IMG/VR virus record: IMGVR_UViG_3300045988_066011
DNA from: a virus
Length of the DNA: 50,848 bases
Strand: one strand, 5' to 3'
Shown in pieces: positions 44,899 through 50,848 of the stretch. A program made the position numbers and the translations under genes. Position 1 is the stretch's first letter. Each line of letters opens with the position of its first letter. The notes under the pieces are model-generated. The model was not told the origin of the DNA and ran no database searches. It was given only the letters and a program-made list of their open reading frames with translations.

Positions 44899-45825
44899 AT
44901 GGAGAGACAGTATGTAACAATCAATGAGGAATCAGCAAGAATAGCACACAGCCTGATGTCGATGTCGGACTATCAGGAAGGAAGCAAAACAGCTTCATAC
45001 AGAGCACAGGTCAATGAGGCTTACGACCTGGCAGAGAAAGCTATTAAAAAAAGAGGTGAGAGGTTCGAGAAGAGAGCCCGGATTCTGGCAGACAGATACG
45101 CAAGGAATTTAGGCAAATATTACAACGAGGATGCAAGAATAGGCTGTATGTGTCCGTCAGTGCTGATATCAGGTGCCGCCAATTTCCCGGTCAGGAAGAA
45201 AGAAAGACAGGTTGCAGCATGGGACAAAAACCAGGAGTATTACAAGTACTGCGATAAAATCCTGAGTCAGCTCGAAAGACTCATGACATGCTCAGAGGTT
45301 ATCAAGTGTGATGACGAAAACGCTATTGAAGCCCTCAAAGAGAAAATTGAAGCCAAAGAGGAAAGCCAGGAAAGAATGAAAGAGGTAAATAAATACTGGC
45401 GCAAAAACGGCACCATGACTGGATGCGGCTTTCTGACAGATGAACAGATTGAGAAGATAAACAGCTCGATGGCGGAAGATACATGGAGATTGAGCGGGGT
45501 TCCATTCGGTTCATACCACTTACAGAACAATCTTGCAAATATAAAGCGATTAAAGGGCAGGCTTGAAGAATTACAGAACACCAAAGAGAAGGGCAGTTCT
45601 GAGGCTGATTACGGCGAGTTTAAGGTGATTGAGAACACGGACATAATGAGAATCCAGATTATGTTTGACGGAAAGCCGGAAGAAGCTGTTAGGAACGTTC
45701 TCAAGGCTAATGGTTTCCGATGGGCTCCATCTCAGGGAGCATGGCAGAGACAGCTCACATCCAATGGGAAGTATGCACTGAGAAGAGTTATCGAAGAACT
45801 GGGAGTTGAGGTGCAGGCGTCATGA
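44899..45825 (+). CDS. DUF3560-domain protein
   Basis: The C-terminus (RIQIMFDGKPEEAVRNVLKANGFRWAPSQGAWQRQLT) matches the DUF3560 pattern known from conjugative elements and phages. Confidence 0.6.
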   Translation: MERQYVTINEESARIAHSLMSMSDYQEGSKTASYRAQVNEAYDLAEKAIKKRGERFEKRARILADRYARNLGKYYNEDARIGCMCPSVLISGAANFPVRKKERQVAAWDKNQEYYKYCDKILSQLERLMTCSEVIKCDDENAIEALKEKIEAKEESQERMKEVNKYWRKNGTMTGCGFLTDEQIEKINSSMAEDTWRLSGVPFGSYHLQNNLANIKRLKGRLEELQNTKEKGSSEADYGEFKVIENTDIMRIQIMFDGKPEEAVRNVLKANGFRWAPSQGAWQRQLTSNGKYALRRVIEELGVEVQAS

Positions 45826-46025
45826 CGGTAAGAGGAGCGGCAAATGGAAGCTATTCCAGATACAACCAGAAGTACAACATAGGCTTCATCAATAGCGATG
45901 GAATGGAGGACGAAACACAGTTCGAGAGCGTGAAAACGCTCAAAGAGCTGTCGGATCTATTCCGGGACTTTTGCAAAGAGAACGGATTCAAGACAAATAC
46001 AGTTACATATGTGGAGGCAGTGTGA
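45822..46025 (+). CDS. Hypothetical protein (67 aa)
   Basis: ATGA overlap with the upstream gene. Confidence 0.45.
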   Translation: MTVRGAANGSYSRYNQKYNIGFINSDGMEDETQFESVKTLKELSDLFRDFCKENGFKTNTVTYVEAV

Positions 46026-46027
46026 TT

Positions 46028-46303
46028 ATGGCAAAGAAAATTCAGAATAAGAGATACCTGGTAAACAGAGCAGTTTACAAGGCTGTAAAAAAGTACGATC
46101 ATCAGCAGTTTGAGAACTTTTGCACCGATATTTATAAAAGTGGATGGGAGGACGGAAAGGCTTCTGTAAATGCCCTGGACGTGAAGGACATTGAAGCAGT
46201 AATCAGATCCGTAAAAGGGATCGGAGAGGCTCGGATCGGTAAGATCATGGAGGCAATCAATGAAAAATTCGATGAAAACGCCGGATCAGAAGAAACGGAG
46301 TAA
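46028..46303 (+). CDS. Hypothetical protein with HhH-like motif (91 aa)
   Basis: GGAGG lies 10 nt upstream of ATG 46028. VKGIGEARIGKI. Confidence 0.45.
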   Translation: MAKKIQNKRYLVNRAVYKAVKKYDHQQFENFCTDIYKSGWEDGKASVNALDVKDIEAVIRSVKGIGEARIGKIMEAINEKFDENAGSEETE

Positions 46304-46853
46304 ACAGTTAGGAAAAGAGATCCGGGACAGCCGGAAGAGGCATGAAGATCTTAGAGTACACGGTGGATCCGATCCCTTCTGGTCGGATGGGGTAAACATG
46401 AATTTATGCAGGAGTCACGTCATGTACTTCCGGAAGCAAGTGGAGACAGAGCTGGATCCGGAAAATTATCCGGAGGAGTATTTTCTGGAAATCCCAGCTG
46501 AGGTAAGCGTCCATTATATGGCAGATCCGGACGGGATCCGGAGCAGGTCAACAGCTGCACTGGAGGTTCTGAAAGAAAATCAGGACTTCCAGTACCTGAG
46601 AAGTAAGCTCAGCGGAGACCTGGACAAAGAAACCAGCCAGTGCATGAACCCAGTACGCTATGTCCTGGAAATGGAAGATGCGATCCGGAGGGACGATCTG
46701 GTGGTAATGCGAAGATGCCAGGATCCGGAATATTACGTCAAATATTTGAGAGAAAGTCGGAAAAAGCTGGACGAAATTCTAGGATCGCCAATTTTGGAAC
46801 CGAAGCTCCGGGAAGGGCAGCTGACAATATGGGATTTTATAGGAGGGCAATAG
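46260..46853 (+). CDS. Hypothetical protein (197 aa) translationally coupled to the MazF-like gene
   Basis: GGAGG lies 6 nt upstream. The stop is 1 nt before the next ATG. Confidence 0.45.
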   Translation: MKNSMKTPDQKKRSKQLGKEIRDSRKRHEDLRVHGGSDPFWSDGVNMNLCRSHVMYFRKQVETELDPENYPEEYFLEIPAEVSVHYMADPDGIRSRSTAALEVLKENQDFQYLRSKLSGDLDKETSQCMNPVRYVLEMEDAIRRDDLVVMRRCQDPEYYVKYLRESRKKLDEILGSPILEPKLREGQLTIWDFIGGQ

Positions 46854-46854
46854 T

Positions 46855-47435
46855 ATGCACACAGAAAATGAGTATCACAGAGGAGAGATCTTTTTTATCA
46901 ATGAGGGCGAAAGCTCCGGAAGCGAACAGGGGGGGCGAGACCTGGAATCATAGTAAGTAATGATGTTGGAAATAAACACGCTCCGATCGTGGAAGTAGTG
47001 TACCTGACATCCAGGGAGAAAAAACTGATGCCGACACACGTTAGGATCAAGAGCAGTCCGATCCCTTCCATAGCGTTATGTGAGCAGATCGAGACGGTAT
47101 ATAAAAAGCGGATCGGAAAATATCTTGCAAAAGCCACGATGGATGAAATGAAACAGATTGACAAGGCACTTGCTGTCAGTATCGGGCTTGGTGGAAATAT
47201 GAAGATGTCCGACTACGTGAGAGAGTGGGCGGAGGCGTTCAAAGAGCCGGATCCAGATCCGATCGAAGAAAAAGCGATGCAGATCCTGGAAACAGCGAAA
47301 CCAGTTTCAATCCAGATACCGGAACGCCTTTTTGACAAAGAGAGGATCAAAGAGCTGGAAAAAGATTTGATCCGAGCGGAAGCGGAGCGTGATGTATTCC
47401 AGAAACTGTATAAAGAACAGTTAGCAATCAGTTAA
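46855..47435 (+). pseudogene. PemK/MazF-family toxin gene interrupted by a frameshift in a G7 run; carries a ~75-aa C-terminal extension
   Basis: Frame 1 reads MHTENEYHRGEIFFINEGESSGSEQGG, then a stop at 46951. The next frame reads ARPGIIVSNDVGNKHAPIVEVVYLTS...MPTHVRI...CEQIETVYKKRIG...DKALAVSIGL. The G run is at 46929-46935. Confidence 0.7.
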
Positions 47436-47451
47436 ATGTGAGGTAAAGGAT

Positions 47452-47670
47452 ATGAAAAGAATCAAGCGCATGATATTTAAGCATTTTAACTGTATTCCCT
47501 GGTTCATTGTGGGAATACAGATCCTGGTAGACGGGGAAATCAGCCGCTGGCAGTATGCGATGTGCTGGATCTGCACCCTGGTAATGATCTGGATGTACGC
47601 ACCAAATAGAGCACAAACGAAGGGAGGTGGGAAAGTTGCTGACATTGACGATCGAAAAAAAGTGGTTTGA
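47452..47670 (+). CDS. Small membrane protein (72 aa)
   Basis: Two hydrophobic helices; RBS gaggtaaagga. Confidence 0.4.
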   Translation: MKRIKRMIFKHFNCIPWFIVGIQILVDGEISRWQYAMCWICTLVMIWMYAPNRAQTKGGGKVADIDDRKKVV

Positions 47671-47980
47671 TATGATCCTGAGCGGAGAAAAGACAGAGGA
47701 GTACCGAGAATTGAAACGGTACTATGATTCCAGATTCAGAAATGCTGCTATGCTGAAAAATCAGGAATATCAGGCAAGCGTTTCCGAGTTCCGGAACCTG
47801 GCTGCAACAGTGGATCAGGATATCGGAACCGTGAGGTTTCGGAATGGCTATACCACGGATGCTCCGTGTTTCCTGGCAGATTGCAAATTGACAGTCGGGG
47901 AAGGAAAACCGGAGTGGGGAGCTGTTCCTGGGACAGAGTATTATATTAAAAAAATGAAAAACGTAAGAAGGAAGGAGTAA
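47636..47980 (+). CDS. ASCH-domain protein
   Basis: LTLTIEKKWFDMILSGEKTEEYRE is a typical ASCH N-terminus. TTG start 8 nt after GGAGG; the track uses GTG 47627. Confidence 0.6.
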   Translation: MLTLTIEKKWFDMILSGEKTEEYRELKRYYDSRFRNAAMLKNQEYQASVSEFRNLAATVDQDIGTVRFRNGYTTDAPCFLADCKLTVGEGKPEWGAVPGTEYYIKKMKNVRRKE

Positions 47981-48127
47981 TGACAGAAGCCTTGGTAGAC
48001 CAAGGTTGACCGCCTAAAGGTGAAGAAAGGCGAGAACAAAAGGAATTTAATTTGCGGTGCCATGCGGCACTATGGGGAGCCGTAATTCCTTATCCACGGA
48101 CACAGAGCAATCTGTTAAGTGGTTGTC

Positions 48128-48865
48128 ATGAAAAAACTAAAAGTGTGCTGGATCTCAGCAGGAATTTCAAGTTTTATGGCAGGATATCTTGCAGGAGATG
48201 TTGATGAATGGATTTATATTGACATTGAGGATCAGCACGAAGATAGTATCAGATTTATTAAAGATTGTGAAAAAGCGATTGGGAAAGAGATTAAAATACT
48301 AAAATCAAAAGAGTACAGATGCGTAGAGGACTGCATAAAAGTGTTTGGAGGCTTCAAAGACGCCAGAAATAATTTTGCGCCTTGCACAAATTGGCTCAAA
48401 AAAAGAGTTAGGAAGGAGTGGGAATATTACAATCGAGATTATGAGTTAACGTATGTCTGGGGATTCGATTTGAAAGAAAAGAACCGGGCAGACAGGACAG
48501 TGGAATATAATCCGCAAGCAAAGCATGAGTTTCCGCTCATTGAAAAGAAACTTTCAAAAGAGGAGGTTCATGGATTGTTCGAGAGAACATTTGATTTCGC
48601 AAGACCGTGGATGTACGAACATGGTTATCCAAATAATAACTGCGTGGGTTGCGTCAAGGGCGGAATGGGGTATTGGAACCGGATCAGGAAAGATTTCCCG
48701 GAGGTTTTCGAAAGCAGAGCCAAGTTAGAACGGATGGTAGGACATTCTATGCTAAGAGATAGAAAAGGAGCTGTATACCTGGACGAACTAAGCCCTGACC
48801 GTGGAGACATGAACACAGAAGTGTTTCCAGATTGCGGAATCATGTGCTACCTGGCCCAGAAATAA
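48128..48865 (+). CDS. PAPS-reductase-like adenine nucleotide alpha-hydrolase (PP-loop) family protein
   Basis: VCWISAGISSF (degenerate SGGxDS loop), APCTNWLKKR, GFDLKEKNRADR, YEHGYPNNNCVGC. No obvious SD; an alternative GTG start lies at 48119. Confidence 0.55.
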   Translation: MKKLKVCWISAGISSFMAGYLAGDVDEWIYIDIEDQHEDSIRFIKDCEKAIGKEIKILKSKEYRCVEDCIKVFGGFKDARNNFAPCTNWLKKRVRKEWEYYNRDYELTYVWGFDLKEKNRADRTVEYNPQAKHEFPLIEKKLSKEEVHGLFERTFDFARPWMYEHGYPNNNCVGCVKGGMGYWNRIRKDFPEVFESRAKLERMVGHSMLRDRKGAVYLDELSPDRGDMNTEVFPDCGIMCYLAQK

Positions 48866-49008
48866 AAAAGAAAGGAAAATACAATAATGAGGAGTGAAAA
48901 AGACGATCAGGAACAGCTGGAATACCTGAGAGAATGGAAGGCAAAACACTCAGGAAGAGCAAAAGAAGAAAATGCAATCAAGAGAATTTGCAAGAAAGGT
49001 AGAAAATT

Positions 49009-49479
49009 ATGGACGGAAAAATTTTTAAGATAAGCGGTTACCTGGTGGATCCGAATGGAGAAAATGAAGCAGTCTGGATATGGGAGGAATTGAAGCATTT
49101 GAACGACACGTTCGGACAGCATGTACACGTCAAAGAGGCTGATATACTGGACTGGACAGATGAAAATCCGTTGAACTATGAAAATTGTGATCTGGCGGAG
49201 TGCGAGAAGTATTTCCACGACAAATACCCAGTAAGAGAAGATCGAAGTGTGGAGGTTGGAAAAACCTACAGACATTTCAAAGGGAAAATTGTTGAAGTGA
49301 TAGCGATCAGCCAAGACACGGAATCTCCAGGACAATACTACGTGGTCTATAAATGCGAGGACGGAGCTATCTGGAGTAGACCTTATGGAATGTTTGTCGG
49401 TAAGGTAGACCGGAAGAAATACCCGGATGCAGACCAGGAGTACAGATTCGAGGAGGTGCAGAATGGACATCAGAAATAA
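49009..49479 (+). CDS. DUF1653-domain protein with N-terminal extension
   Basis: GKTYRHFKGKIVEVIAISQDTESPGQYYVVYKCEDGAIWSRPYGMF matches the DUF1653 pattern. Confidence 0.6.
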   Translation: MDGKIFKISGYLVDPNGENEAVWIWEELKHLNDTFGQHVHVKEADILDWTDENPLNYENCDLAECEKYFHDKYPVREDRSVEVGKTYRHFKGKIVEVIAISQDTESPGQYYVVYKCEDGAIWSRPYGMFVGKVDRKKYPDADQEYRFEEVQNGHQK

Positions 49480-50143
49480 AAATGAGTTGAGGAGGCGTAT
49501 TGACGCCTTCCTCCATGAGTATACGCATGAAGAATATATCATCAATGAGGAGTTCTGCAAGGACACAATGCGGATGATGGCAGATTTCATCGGACATGTG
49601 AACGGAAGAATGGACAGCGAGCGAAAAAGGCTCACAGAGGCAAGAAGGAAGCTCAAAGAGGCATTATGGGAGAATAAAGTTCTGCATGAATACAATTACA
49701 ATGGATCTTCCGGAATCTGCCGGGCAAAACTTATGGGAGATATGTCTGGAACGTGGCACATTGGAAACGTAGTGTGCGTGGAAAATGGCAAATCATTCAT
49801 GCTGATGCAGGATGGCTATTCAGAGGAAAACGGGTATCTGATTCTCCGGGCAATGGAAGTGATCCCGGAAACTATCCAGAGATTCGCTTGCATGGAAGAT
49901 ATGACCGGAGAAAGGCTGTTTGAGGGAGATGTGATCTATAATCCGGAGCACAAAACCGTCCGGATGGAGATCTGCTACGGTAAATACGCTGCATACTGTC
50001 CGAACGATCAGGAATATATGGAAACTGTCGGCTTTTATATGGTGTCGAACACCACAGACGATGCAATGCCGCTCGGTCCGACAAAGAAATACGCACTTTT
50101 GTTGGGAAATGTGGTAGACAACCCGGAGATCAAGGTGGTATAA
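49463..50143 (+). CDS. YopX-domain protein
   Basis: GGAGG before ATG 49463. ERLFEGDVIY...LLLGNVVDNPE is typical of YopX. Confidence 0.6.
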   Translation: MDIRNKNELRRRIDAFLHEYTHEEYIINEEFCKDTMRMMADFIGHVNGRMDSERKRLTEARRKLKEALWENKVLHEYNYNGSSGICRAKLMGDMSGTWHIGNVVCVENGKSFMLMQDGYSEENGYLILRAMEVIPETIQRFACMEDMTGERLFEGDVIYNPEHKTVRMEICYGKYAAYCPNDQEYMETVGFYMVSNTTDDAMPLGPTKKYALLLGNVVDNPEIKVV

Positions 50144-50180
50144 TCTCAGTCAGGATGCACCGGAAAGGAAAGAAAAGAAA

Positions 50181-50747
50181 ATGAGTAAAAGAATTTTAGC
50201 AGCAATGTTATCATGTATGCTGGTTGCAGGAATGACCGGATGCGGTTTTTCAGATGGAGTGAAAGACGGTATGAAGGATGCCCAGAAGCAGGAGAGTGCG
50301 ACCGATTCCGAGAAAAATGATAGCAAAAAGGCTGAAAATGAGAACGAAACAGCTAAAAATGATACGGAAAACCAGGAAAATGTATCAGAATCAGAGGAAA
50401 GTGAGACAGGAAATCCACTTCTGGATACAGAGGTAACCGTAGGCGATGTAATGAACGGAACCAAGACGGACAAGCTAGGCGAATATGCCTATATCACAGT
50501 GCCTCTGGAGACAATGAAGAAAGTTACAATGGAGCAGTACGATGAATTTTGCGATCAGAAAGTCCAGGATAGCGGCTACAACTGGGTTACGATCGACTTT
50601 GGTAACGGATCCGGATTGCAGTTCCAGGGAAGTACACCAGCAGTAGCAACCTACGGCACACTGGATAATGAGGAGTGCATCGAGGAATCAAAAGGAACCG
50701 TAATGATGACTGGAGAGAACACATATGAGTATTCCGAGAACCAGTAA
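50181..50747 (+). CDS. Lipoprotein (188 aa)
   Basis: Signal peptide with lipobox LVAGMTGC, an acidic low-complexity linker, and a C-terminal globular part. It is the last gene before the junction and integrase. Confidence 0.7.
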   Translation: MSKRILAAMLSCMLVAGMTGCGFSDGVKDGMKDAQKQESATDSEKNDSKKAENENETAKNDTENQENVSESEESETGNPLLDTEVTVGDVMNGTKTDKLGEYAYITVPLETMKKVTMEQYDEFCDQKVQDSGYNWVTIDFGNGSGLQFQGSTPAVATYGTLDNEECIEESKGTVMMTGENTYEYSENQ

Positions 50748-50793
50748 AACACCAACAAATGTTAGAAATGGTGGTACACCCGTAATCATACGG

Positions 50794-50848
50794 GATGCTA
50801 TGTTTATCAAGTAACCACCAAAACACACAAATGTTAGAATATCAAGGA
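50794..50848. repeat. Terminal direct repeat, copy 2 (identical to 1..55)
   Basis: Exact 55-bp identity with the window start. Confidence 0.95.

Larger units (their letters stand above)
1..50848. mobile_element. Temperate siphovirus-type phage genome, apparently complete and circularly closed
   Basis: Full set of lysogeny, replication, packaging, head, tail and lysis modules. The window starts and ends with the same 55 bp. Confidence 0.85.

Noticed and set aside
48887-49033. 48-codon ORF (MRSEKDDQEQLEYLREWKAK...) between the PAPS-reductase-like gene and the DUF1653 gene
   Set aside because: It has a weak RBS, overlaps the start of the next gene by 25 nt, and shows no motifs. It may be real but is not supported well enough to list.
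48907-49695. 262-aa ORF on the minus strand
   Set aside because: It is antisense to two + strand genes with recognisable domains (DUF1653, YopX). Its composition is L/S/F-rich, typical of shadow ORFs, with no RBS and no motifs.

Overview
The window appears to be a complete, circularly closed ~50.8-kb temperate siphovirus-type phage genome from a low-GC Bacillota (Clostridia-like) host. The first 55 bp are identical to the last 55 bp. Apart from the lysogeny genes, almost everything is on the + strand. Gene order is as follows. A large serine integrase and a CI-like repressor lie on the - strand. Then come a Cro-like switch, a RecT/DUF1351/PD-(D/E)XK recombination module, a replisome organizer with a DnaC-like loader, RusA, and a sigma/ArpU-like regulator. 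Next is a four-gene accessory operon (ParB-like, PLP decarboxylase, ATP-grasp, DxD protein). After that come an MgsA_C-like protein, TerL, portal, minor capsid, a small accessory island with a DUF2829/Tad2-like gene, scaffold, capsid, connectors, tail tube, chaperones, tape measure, Dit/Tal, fibres, lysis genes and an endolysin. A ~1-kb noncoding region with iterons and an AT-rich block follows, then two promoter-led cassettes of small accessory genes. These include a LexA-DBD protein, DUF3560, a frameshifted MazF-like toxin, ASCH, a PAPS-reductase-like protein, DUF1653, YopX and a lipoprotein. The most interesting candidate is the translationally coupled ParB-like/decarboxylase/ATP-grasp/DxD operon, which may be a DNA-hypermodification or metabolite system, together with its structured, terminator-containing leader. 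All family assignments come from motif recognition by eye; no database search was run.
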